Positions 25,876 through 38,300 of a stretch of 64,000 nt of DNA are shown here, piece by piece; position 1 is the stretch's first letter; each line of letters opens with the position of its first letter. Origin of the DNA: Perna viridis (Eukaryota); contig CM074518.1 in assembly GCA_037379345.1 (NCBI GenBank), forward strand, positions 17,732,001 through 17,796,000, written 5' to 3'. The position numbers were made by a program, and so were the translations under genes. The notes beneath the pieces are model-generated. The model was given only the letters and a program-made list of their open reading frames with translations. It was not told the origin of the DNA and searched no databases.

Positions 25876-26145
25876 AGTAAATGATCTGTGAACACAACTC
25901 ACTGCCTAATCAGGTGAATACCTGTACATGTGACGTATAAAATTTTATCTACAGTTAACAAAGATCTTGAACGTTGTGTTAAAGACACACGTTTTGTGTT
26001 GATCTTGAATACTGAACTATAAAACTAAAAATATTTACAAACACTGATATAAGTAACTATACAAAACAGGAAGAACTTAATGTTCTTTGTTAATTCCGTG
26101 TGGGTGTTTATTTTTAGTTTTATAGACCACTAGAACCGCTGGATT

Positions 26146-26650
26146 GTGCAGGCGGTGTTGCCATAGATGTCACAGCGGTACGAGTTCGAGTCCCGCGGAG
26201 GGAGCGACCAAAAGTTCTAACATCGCTGGGAATTTTTCAGACCCTTCTATAAGTTTACGTTATCTTCCCTGTATCAATTTGATCCGATGGAGCAGTGTAG
26301 TGAATAGTGTCGTCACATTCTGAGACGTTGTATAATATTGATTTGTTGTGACATGCATCATTAATTTGATCCTCTATCCTACATAATAGCACCTAGATGA
26401 ACTGTCCCGTACTACCATACATCGTGTACTAAGTTACAGCCCTAGATTAATCCTACGAGGAGGAATGACCCGGCCTGCGAAAACTATATTTTAATATAGC
26501 CTAGCTGGCCGAGTGGTCTATGGCGTTGGACTTAGTGCAGGCGGTGTTGTCATAGATGTCACAGCGATACGAGTTCCCGCGGAGGGAACGACCAAAATTT
26601 TGCTTCGCAAATTTGACATTTCTAACATCGTTTGGAATTTTTCAGACTCT
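26146..26650 (+). repeat. tRNA-headed repeat present as about 1.3 tandem units (period about 390 bp)
   Basis: Direct repeat GTGCAGGCGGTGTTG.CATAGATGTCACAGCG..TCTAACATCG..GGAATTTTTCAGAC at 26146 and 26535. A-box-like TGGCCGAGTGG at ~26506; B-box-like GAGTTCGAGTCCC at ~26182. Confidence 0.65.
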
Positions 26651-27414
26651 TTACACTGTTACGTAGAGGGTCGGTATACATGGTAGGATTAGAAGTATAT
26701 CAAACAGGTACCATTTCTAGATCGATTAATCGGCATTTCTCTACCGAAAAGTTGAGTGCACCCTCTCCAATTTCTTGTGCCATTACCATGATAAAACTAA
26801 ATATATAATTTATCACACTGTTTCGGTGTTTTGTTATCAAAACCACATAAAATTACGCATTGTCCCAACACACGACCAGTTTACAAAATATTTCTAAAGA
26901 AAAAACAAACAAGTAAACTAACAAACAAAAACAAAAGCAAAAAAAAAAAACCAAAACCAAAACAGACAAACATGTAAGAGAACACCACATATTTGGTAGG
27001 ACTCTAGGCGTGGAATTTTTTTTCTCATCGTTCAATGAATCTTTCACTGTTAATGTAGGGTTGTCAACTGTTCCCTTAAATATGGAACCCATGCAAGAGA
27101 AATACCCATTAGATGTGGGGCGGGTAAGTAATGGGACGATTTTACACAATACAGAACGAAAATATTAATTGTTGCTTCATTCCCCCAGACATATCAGCCC
27201 AGTGTTTGCTACGGTTTTCCTTTGATTTTTTGAAAACATAATTGTTTTATGTATGAAAACTTCTACCAGAATCTGGTTCAGCATTATGTCTGAAGAGTAG
27301 AATTGATAATTTGTAATTCAAATCAGTTTAAAAGCCCTATTCTGGAATTGCCTCCAATAAATCACATTTATTTTCTGAATACCAAGGAGAACAGTACTGA
27401 CATTACATCATACA

Positions 27415-27560
27415 TGATTAGCCGACTAGGAGAAAAAATCTTCTCTAATCGAGTGATTGACGACTGGAACATCTTAACACAAATGACAGTGGAAACACTG
27501 ACTGTGGGAACATCACGACAAATTTAAAAAGTGCTCATGGACTTTAGATCAACACAACAA
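27415..27560 (+). mobile_element. Decayed CR1-type LINE 3' fragment
   Basis: SRLGEKIFSNRVIDDWNIL resembles the CR1 C-terminal FSNRVV..WN.L motif. Confidence 0.6.
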
Positions 27561-28482
27561 AAGAACGAAGTTAATTTTTTTTGTATGCAGACAGTAAACA
27601 GCTGCCAATTAAAGTACAAAATTCAATATTGTAAGAAAAGGGAAAAAAATAATGAAAACATGATAGATCCCCATGACGTAAGCCTGTTATTTTTGCAACT
27701 AACTGAAATCTCATATAAACACGCAGCAGTGATTGAGATCTCCTACTTACTTAATTTGCAATGACAACTTGACTTTAAATGATCACAACTAAAAAGTATT
27801 ACAATTATCAAAATGAAACTTTCATTTTCATATTCTATGATATCTTAGCTTCTTGTTCATATCATATTTTTCTTTTTAAAACAAACAAAAAAGAATTATT
27901 GAAAACAAGTTATCTACTCCCTGATTTTTATGAAAATGAAAATAATTCAAAATAAATTCATCATTATTTCACATTAACCTATTACAACTTTTTTTATTTT
28001 TAAAGATAATTGAATAAAATCTTCAGTGTCCCATTTTTAAGTCTTCTGGGTGCCTGCTACAATTTATTTTCGATCATTTCATCAAAAGAGGAAAAGTAGT
28101 CTAATGATTAAGTGGAAAGGTCAGGGAATCTCGTTCTCCACTGTGTAATAATTTTATCAATAAACAGACTAATTAACAAGTGTCTTATCTTTTTAAGTAT
28201 AGGTCTCTTTCACTATTGAATAAATGATGAATTCTTTTTTACAAAAAGTGGCAGATCCCAGGGAAGACTTTTTTTTTTGAGAGGGGGAGTCTGAATCCCC
28301 CTTCCCTGTGTTATAGGAAAGTTTGTCTAAGTAGTGCAAAATTTGAGCATTAAAAGAACCTTCCCTTTTTATCCTAAATCATTTTTAGAACCCCTTTCAA
28401 AATCTCTGGATCTGCTGCTGACCAATATTTCTGATTTCTTTTCAGATAACTTATTTTTCTGCATCTTCCAATAAGATGTGAA

Positions 28483-31400
28483 ATGAACTGGCTAAGAAGA
28501 ATTGAGAAGGTTTCAGTCAGATTTATACAGATAGGGTGTTTTGTCATCCTTACTGATAAATATGTCGGGTCATTTGTAAGGGTAGGTAGGTCTCCTAAAT
28601 TAGTATGTCCGGTCATTTATTAGGGTAGGTACGTAGGTCTCCTAAAACAATATGTTAGGTCATTTTTTAGGGTAGATAGGTCTCCTAAAATATTATTAGT
28701 TATACAGTTAAACCTCTCTAAACCAATCCCATTTTTGACTAAAATTTGTATTCAGTCAGTGACTGTATATCACCTGTAAATATACAGTCAATGCATTTTG
28801 ACTGCTCAAATAGAATGGTTGCAGTACAAATGTTCTTAATTTGAGGATGTATTCTTTAATTTTAAATTGGTATAAATTGGGGTCCAAATTTAAACTTTGT
28901 TAAATTTCAAGAAAAACTTTGATTTATGTGGTACACATATACATTGTATCCAGAATCAAACCATTTTATGTAGATGTTTGATGTACATGTAGGACAATAT
29001 TGCATGTATCATACATGTTATTTAAGGTAAGTTCTATGACCACCTTAATTCCCTGTCACAAACCATTGCTGTGGCTAAAAATTAAAGATGTAACAAGCTG
29101 CAATGTACATGTAGTGTTAATACTTCCTCCAGCTTATCAAAATTGCTACTGCAGATCATTTTAAAAGATTTGTGATGGTGATAATGGACTATTAATTAAA
29201 GTACATTCACACAACAAGAAAAATGACTACAATTGGTACAACATATCAATATATGGCTTATGCTGATAGCAGAAAATAACTTCAAAATAAATTTTAAAAA
29301 AATGTACACTCCAATGTTTTCATACTTCAATCAAAATTGTATAAAGACACAAAGTATAAGGTTTTCACATCAGTTAATGGTAGAATTAGTTGCCTTGATC
29401 AAGAGAAAAATTAAAATGTAAGATAATAGTTGTATAATAAATAAATGTTATTAATCTCTGATCTGAGTCCTTTCACTAATTCATGATAATAAAATATGTT
29501 ACATGTACTTGCTACTGGTATATTAAAGTATTTGGACAAAAATTGACATGCCAGCTTTTAATGCCCAGTGCTAAGCTTGAACTGTCTCCAGTTGTAATCC
29601 TCAACTCCTTTGAATGAAATTGGTTATAACTATCACAGAATCTTTATTACATGATGCCATTGTGATTCTTTATTACATGATGTCATTGTGCACTTTTTAT
29701 TTTATTTTTTTCATCTAATGACTTAGGGGCTTCCTGATACAAAACATGAACTTTGCCATTGGTCTACCTAGGGGGACTATTTTGTAATTTGCAACTCGGT
29801 TACTCCTTTGGAACCACTGAACAGAATTTGATGAAAGTTACACAAGTTCTTTACCATATGATGCTATTGTGCTCCTCTTATTTTGTTTTTATGTCTGAAT
29901 GCCTTAAATCACTTATGGGGTTTCTAATATGATATCTGGGAAGTGGAGCTTGTCAAGTGAGCTTTGCTCATAGTTTTCTTGTTTTGCAAAGTAATGAACA
30001 GTAATGAATTGTATGCATTTTTCAGTGTGCTGGATCATCAATGGAACCCACTTTATTTAACCAAGATGTTGTGCTAGCAGAGAATATTACTGTCCATAGA
30101 AATACATTACAGAAGTAAGCACTTGCATGTTGAGTGTTTTTTTTAAACCTTTTGGTGCTATATTGAATATATGGAAAATATATGGATAAAGTACATGTAT
30201 CTTTTTAAAAGATGAAAGGACATATAATGGTATACTTGTGTCTGCCATTCACACTTCCCACAATAACTGAACATGTTGTTACTAATTTTTATTTATACTT
30301 ATAATATTTTATAATTTTATTCTACATGTAGCATACATGTAAGGTGTTAATATTTTCTCTTTTAATTAGTTCGGGTATATAAAAAGAATGTCAGAGTCTG
30401 GATTCACATTTTATTTTTATTCAAGAATTTACTCATTTTTTGGATGGTTTACATTGTTAGATGACAACCATTTGATTTTGATCAGAAGCACTCAAGACAT
30501 AGATGTCAGGGCCTTAGCCAGGTTTTCTGAATGGGGGTATGAACTGATCACCGATAAGCAATTTTACTTGGTTATCTGGCATGATTTCTCTTTAATTACA
30601 AGTTAAGATGTAAATCAAAGTTTTTTTGTTTTTTTTTTAAAGTTGGGTATGATCGCACTCGTCACATTTCTATGATTCCCTCTCTTACAACAGTTGATTG
30701 TAGAAGAAGCCTTCTCTCTCACACCAATTGATAGATCCATGCAATTAAAGAACTATTTTCATAAATTCTTAAATTTAAAAAGAGGGACTTGTAACAAGTC
30801 CAACCACCACCCATCTTAACAATTTTTTTTCTATTCAAATATAGAGTGTGTAGTACATGTATTTTAGTAGTTACATGATATTTGATGTAATATTAAATGT
30901 AATAATATTTAATGTAAAACTACATATTGAAAAAAAAACATGGATGAAGTGAAACCACCAAGATTACATGATTTTGATAGGAGAGACATGATCCAATTTT
31001 TTTCATGTGAACTGAAAAACAGTTTCCTTTATATTCCTTCCTAACAAAGCTTGCTGCCTTAGTGTAAACCTGTCTTAACCTAATCCTGAATATTTCCAAA
31101 ACTCTGTTGAAATCAGACACTAATTAAAGTCTTTACATGAACATCTGTTTAAAAGTTTTTTTAACCTTGATAAACAAAACACCTGTCCAAACTGAACCAA
31201 TTGTGAAGTAGTAGTCTTTGTAAGAATCATGTAAATTCTGTTATATGTGATACACCCCAAAAAATGCTACATATTTTAATTTTTGTTATTTTAGTATATA
31301 AATTGCTTTATAGGTCTATATGATGAAATGTATAATCATTCATTCTAATCTGTCTGCTCTTAGGAGATAATTCACATTGAAAATCCAATAGTTTCTACTG

Positions 31401-34400
31401 TATTTTAGTGTCATTTACAGAGTTATTTCCCTTTATTTTGAAATCTACAGTAAATTATATATAATTTATATCTCCTATGAACAGTGGTTACATGAAAAGC
31501 CACATGTTAATTTCTGTTTTGTATAAGGTTTTAAACAAAATATCAAAAATTAAAATAAGTAGGCTTTTCAACCATGAATCACATTTTGCATGATTCTTAG
31601 CTGGAGTACTACTTCAGGTCTAATAGTGGTTCTGTTCAGACATGTATCACTGTTCATTCATAGGGGTGATATAGTAATAGCCAAGTCTCCAACTGACCCA
31701 ACAGAGTTTATATGTAAACGACTGGTTGCTATGGAAGGAGACAGAGTATGGGTTACAGTAGATGAAGGAAATGATACCTCAGATGACAACTGTGAAATTC
31801 AGCAGGTAAAGAGTAATCAGTTTCCCACCTAGAAACGTAGGGCGGTGACACACAGTTGAAGTGAAATGGGTATTGAAGAAAAGTACAAAAAGGGGGAGGG
31901 GGAGAGTGATGGAAACAGGAACATTTCTATTTTGGCTAGCTTAGACATTGTTATCATTTTTTTTTAATTGAGGAGATTTTTAGTATATGAGTCTACAATG
32001 CACCATACTGAGTTACAGATCAAAATTTATGTTTTGTTGGTATTTCTATGAATTAAGGCCCTTTGAACTTATTTTTTTTCCAAATACTTTTTATTTGAGA
32101 GTCCAATATTTGAATGCATTAGGTATGTGAGCATTCTCATTAAGGTTCTTTAATTGATTTTAAAACAATTTGTAAGATTTTCATTGTATTAAGTAATTTT
32201 TTTGCTGTCAATTACTGATAGGATGATGTCATGTCTTTGTAGAAGATACCAAAAGGGTATGTCTGGTTAGAAGGAGATAACAGGAGTAATTCATATGACT
32301 GTAAACATTATGGTCCTATTCCAGCTGGTCTGCTGACAAGGAGGGTTTTCTTTAGGGTAAGGCAAAAATGACATTAAACATCATGGTCTAAATCCAGCTG
32401 GTCTGTTGACAAAGAGGGTTTTCGTTATGGTAAAGTAATAGGGACTAAATGTCTTTGTCTAAATCCGACAGATCTTTTAGGAAGGAAGGTTTTATTTAAG
32501 GTTTTAACAGTGGTTAAATATTATTCTTTTGGGTGATTATTAGGTTATAAAATTTGTATTTAACAATTGTCACACTGATAGGTTTTATATATCTGAAGTA
32601 TAAAACTACATTATGTACTTGCATGCATAATTGTAATGCAGAGTCTTTCTCTGTCTTGTATTGAAATATTAAAAAATACAAGTTTGATACCGTGTGGTCA
32701 ATAAATAATGAATGATAGCCTGTAATAAAATTCCATTTTAGTGGTCAAGGTATATGGTCTTCATTTTTCTTTGTCCTCTGTAGACAGTAACACTAGTTGA
32801 TATAGTAATGGCATTAATCTTGTCTATATTTCTAAACATTTGTAAAGCCGCCTCTTCATACCTGTTAACCCTCCCACATTAAGGGGGGGGGGCTCCCACA
32901 AAATCAATGAGCAATTCATAATTTCCCACATGAAAAATAAGATTTTACATTTTCTGTAACAAATACTAAACAATTGAATCTATACAAAAAAATTGCTTTT
33001 ACCTAAAAATTTCCTGCATGGCAGTGTCAATGAGGGGAGAGAATCTCTCATATGAACTTTTCCAAAGTTTAACTGGTAAGGTTTCTATAAAAATGTAATC
33101 GCATTATGTTAGGCATTAAATAGTCGACACAATGTTGTAAGATAGTTCTGGATAGTTTATTATGAAGCATTTAGAAATAAGCCCTGTAACAAAATATCAC
33201 AATTAGTAACAAGAAAATATATGTATAAGTTTCTGATTTTCTAAACATGAAATAAATCATTCTAATAGATTTACAAAACGTTTGTCATTCAAAAATTACT
33301 GCTTGAACTGTAATTGCATCACAGATTCATAAAATTAATAAATTGAATACTTAAATATTATCTGATCGAAAGTTACTTTTCTGTGTCCTTAGAAACAGCA
33401 TAACACTTGCCAAAAGATCAAAATGAAAATAGTTACTCTCATTCGTTAACTTCAATATTATGTAAAAATAAGCATATTAAAGAAAACTCAATTAGCAAAG
33501 CAAATAGCAAAAGCATCTAACTAAGCAAAATTAAGCTAAGCAAATCAAAAGCAAATCAAAGCAAAATACTAAGCAAATGTAAAATAAGCAAATACAAACT
33601 GAACGATTTACCATACCTTATATGAGGTACAAAGGTTATTACATCATAAGGTAGATTACCAAATCTGTCATAATACCTGTACAACAAATATTAAAGTATA
33701 GTTACTTTGCACAGACTTGTATACACTGAAATTCATATCTGACAAGACAAGTTTAATAAAAAAAATGTAACTCAAAAGTATTTTATCAAATCTAAAAATT
33801 TACTCATTTACTCTCGGACTCATTTCGCTCAGTCGCTCATCATTACGTTTATTTAAAATCAAGTTATTTAATTCAGGCATAAATCAATAACTCGTACCTT
33901 AAATATTATGCCTGTTAGAAAATTACATTTACTTTTAAAAGTTTACATAATTCACACACAATTCGCCCAATACACATTCTGACTACGATAACATGTTAAA
34001 ATTGAAAGTTACCCGTGCATGAAACGATGTAAATCAATAATACAACTTAGTAGAATGATGACCGAAAATGTAAAGATAAAGTAATAAACTGACCAGAATT
34101 AACTGTAGAATTCCTCCAACATGAATAAGAAAATATCAAACTGCAAATTAAAGCAACAGAAGAAATCAGGTACATGTGTTCGGCTTGAACATAAATCCGC
34201 AACTACCTGGACTTCAAAAGGAATAAACCGCCAAAAAGGGATAAACCGCCAAAAGAGATATGACCAATGAAATAGTAAAGAGTGTGCGGTTCTATGTAAA
34301 ATACACATTCATAATCAATTACAATCCGTAATTAATCTGTGTTAAATAAAGACAAAAGTTTCATATGAATATATTAATGATTTTAAATCAAACTAAAGTC

Positions 34401-35342
34401 AGTATAATAAAATTAATTCAAATTACAAATAAGTATTCAAATATAAATTTTATCACAAATTCTGAATATTTACACACTATCACAAAAAGACAGATAACAA
34501 CATCAGTTTAAAAGTAAATATATAATGTTATAATGGAATTTCTGCCAATGAACTGTAATTGCATAAAACCTAAAAATCTATATTTGTTTCTATCCCTTGT
34601 ATGAAATTCTGTCTATAAAATCTATTTAGGGATCAAATTTCATTCATTAAAATCAGAATAGTATTGTTGACAGTGCAGATAGGAAGTATTTATCTTGGAG
34701 GCATATTGAAAAGTAAAGCTTTACCTAAAGACATTGAAGGCATATAAATATACCATTGTTTTTTCAATGGAACGAATACCTGGTGTATTGTAACCATTGA
34801 AACAGATCATTCTCCATCAACACATAGTCTCATGTGGTAGAATTTACATTAAAGCAATTTTAAAAAAAAATTCATTTTTTTTTTTTCCATTAAAAACCTC
34901 TCACAAGTTTTACATTGTCATATGGGAGATTCTTTATTTTCCATAGATTTTGTGGGAGTCTACGGCTAATACGGGAGAATTAACAGCTATATAAAAGAGT
35001 TAATAGTTATATTCCTGTTCTACAATCATACCACTATATAATTACCAATGAAATTAGTATGTAAAATTATTGCCCCAAAATTAAATGATTATGTCTTTTT
35101 TTTTTATTTTAATCAATATATGTACATGCCAACATGGTCCCTTGTGTTTATCAGTCTTTTTAGATTTAGTGATTTATTTTAAATCAGATCTCATGACAAG
35201 TTATAGTCCAAAACACTTTAGTAAAATGTAGGAGTCTGTATAACAAGAAATAGTCATTTTCATTATGTTTGGCATATTTCAGATTTGGCCAGTATCAAAT
35301 ATGGGTTTTGTGAAACATCCTGATGAATTGAAGAAATGGTAA
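28483..35342 (+). CDS. IMMP1L: Mitochondrial inner membrane protease subunit 1 (signal peptidase S26 family), 166-167 aa
   Basis: Exons 28483-28581 (MNWLRR..IQIGCFVILTDKYVGSFVR), 30026-30114 (CAGSSMEPTL, catalytic Ser), 31664-31805 (GDIVIAKSPTDP..ICKRLVAMEGD, catalytic Lys), 32246 or 32243 to 32356 (IPKGYVWLEGDNRSNSYD..YGPIP), 35283-35342 (IWP..W*). All GT-AG with consistent phases. A non-coding upstream exon is implied by the acceptor at 28445; candidate donor at 27124. Confidence 0.95.
32861..34987. mobile_element. Old non-autonomous DNA transposon in the last IMMP1L intron
   Basis: Degenerate ~70-bp TIRs CTGTTAA..CTCCC..ATTA..CTCCCACAAAATC.ATG at 32862 and inverted at 34986; TA on both flanks; no ORF recognised. 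Confidence 0.55.
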
Positions 35343-38300
35343 TGACCTTTAAAAGTGGGCTTGATTAGACATTACAGAATTTCATTGAGACTAAAGTTTA
35401 CCATGGGAATAAGATGAGCTTGTTTGATACTGTGTTATTACACTTGTAATTTTAATTTGACCTCTTAAATGGTCATTCTTATGTGACCAAAAACAAATTG
35501 TAGAGGAATGATGGTATCACCCTGTTATTGTAATTGTTGTCAACTTTTGTTTATTTACGATAATTTGAGAAAAACTTTTCCAATCTTTTTGAAATTACTA
35601 AACATTGTTGCTAGGGACAAGTTGAAGGGTCCTATAGTTTTTTTTAGATGTTTGCCCATCTCTTTTGAAAATAAAGGTTAAAAGGGGAAAATGTGTGGTG
35701 ATGTTAGAATTGATAGAAATGTTTTTTTTAGATAGAAATATTGACATCAGAATCGTCAATTAAATGATTCTGATGTCAATATGTTTCTTTTTGCATTTCT
35801 GTTTTAGAAAATAGACAGTTAACAGTTTAAGTTGCACCTGATTTAATTTAAGATTCTTTTTGAAAATCTCTGCCTGGAAAAAAACAACTTTTTATTTGGG
35901 TCTGATTTTGAAATTTTTTTTATGCAATAGATTGCTAATGAAAACCCCTGCCTGCCTTTTTTTTGAAACTTTGCACAGTTTTTTAGGATGTACCATAAAA
36001 TATAGGTTAAGTTCAATTATCAGCAGAATCCAAAATATCATTTTTGAGTATGGCCATTTTTAAAACTTTGCCAACCCTGTTTTTCACCATTATGTGGCAG
36101 CATACTCATTAATGTTCAATTTATGCCATAATTTTAGTTATAGGGTTTGAAGGCAAAAGAACCATAAAGCTGAACTTCTTTCATCTTTAATTGTATTTTA
36201 ATTTTGTGCAATATTGTGTCAAAACCAGTTGTTGTGTCCACAGTGAAGTGAAAATTCAAATGCATAAGAGTGTCGAAGACTAAAATTGTGTCCACACTTG
36301 GCCCAAGTGAATAGAGTTCAACATTCTGCAGTCGTTTCCTGCTGCGCTTCACAAAGCTCTTTATTAAAAGTTTTGAAAGTATATAGAATTTCTAGTTCAG
36401 ATTCTCTACAAAAAATTTTCAATAAAAAATATTTTTTTCATAAACCATTTGACAGGACATGAACTATTTGTTAAAATGTTTCGTCTTTTTCAGGATGCTC
36501 TGTTACCTAATTTTAAGATACACTAGTTAAATGATATCAGTTGAATTGCCTCCCCTTGAACATATTTGCTGCATATTTATTTTTATTTTAATTTTCATGA
36601 CTTTTACATTGGTAAATAATGTATTTTGTATGAAATTATATATGATTAAAGATATCATATCCGTAGCATTACTGATGTAATCAATTAAGATATGATTATG
36701 GTTAGTTGACTTAAAAGTAATGTAAATATCCCATAATCTAACCAGCAATTTACAGCAATACTTGAACATATTCCAAAACATTGCAAACCCAATATACATA
36801 ATGCACAATATAATGTTAATACACATTACATAACAGCTACTCAATAGCTGAATTGTTTAGGCCTTTATTGGGACAAATACAAAGAAAATTATTTAATTGT
36901 TGGCAAAAATATTGAAGCATCCAAATGGAAGGACAACTCAAAGGCATAAAACCCAAGTGCATGGCAAAATCTGGAAAACAAAAGCAAAGATCTTCATATA
37001 CAATATAGACATCATAATAAAATATAATTACATGTATTAGATTTGAAGATAAAGATGACACATCAGCAAATCTGAACTAAAGTCCCTGCAAAATGAACTT
37101 CCACAAAAAACAAAAATGGACCGAAATAATAATAATAAAAAAACAACAAATCAAGCAATAAAACAACAGGACAAAAACAAACAAACAAACGGTAGTGACA
37201 GGTACACCAGGTGCTCATGAAGGTAAATTTATCTCTATTCCGCTAGCTACACCCGTCAAATTGCGAGTGATTAAAGTTGGGTGTTGGGAGGGATGGTCAA
37301 TCCGATAAGACCTCAAATACAACAGAAGATACCTGGCTTGGGGTTTCATAAAATAAATTAAAAAAAAAAAGATTTCCCCTATCTTCGATTTCAACTGATT
37401 TCTTTGGTCAAAAGTTTAGACGAGGAATTCGTAACAAATGAGGGAAATCTCAAATTTAGATTCTTTATTGAACCAGACCTTGGTCTCATCTGTGCGATAG
37501 GCGATTTATACCGGCTAATTGAATTGCGATGGTGGCCATTAAACTTCAATTTTCATATGAACTGTAGTCATGTACATAATTTTTTATGAGATAAAAACTT
37601 CTAAATCTGTAAAAATAGAGGAAGGTTCTGTGCTACGAGACTTCAAATATTTTGTAGATAAACGATGACATGCAAGACAATATGATTCATACTAATTATG
37701 TCATAAAATTACAGCTGATAAATTATATATTTGGGCTGAGAATCTAATTTTGTTTTAAACCTAGTATATTAAACAATTTGCATATTTCTATAAAAACTTC
37801 ATGACAAAAACACTTGCAAAAGTTTAAACACACAGCTTAATGTAATGTATGAACATGAATAAAGTACAGAAAAGTATCCTTTGTAATATAAAATGTTTCC
37901 TCTTTTGTTTTACAAAGACTGCACAAAAAGTCAGGATAATGAAGATCATCAGGAGAAGCAGTTTGACTTCATTGTAAAAAAAGGAATGGACAAGAATCTT
38001 ATCGGGTGACCATGTCAAACAAACTTGGTCTTTGTCTGAATTCATTGTCGAAATTAAAGCAATTTCTTACCGGAAAGTGAAGTGAATGACAACAACTTTC
38101 CGACTTAAGCATTGCTTGCAAAATGATTTATGAATTGCTAGCAATCTTCAGTCCCAGTAGAACGACTCTTTAGTGTTGTTGGTAATTATTTTCGTCTAGA
38201 AAGGTGTATGCTTGGTGCTTATACTTTTTTGAGATGGTTCTTTCTTGCATTCTTCTTGTTTCCGTTTTGTTGATATGTTTACACCACTACACAATTATAT

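Noticed and set aside
26380-26490. HDV-like ribozyme on the minus strand (TCCTCGT loop)
   Set aside because: No P1 partner strand found and P3 mispairs.
28974-29026. Alternative IMMP1L first coding exon
   Set aside because: Wrong phase for the next exon; 28483-28581 fits the family pattern and phase.
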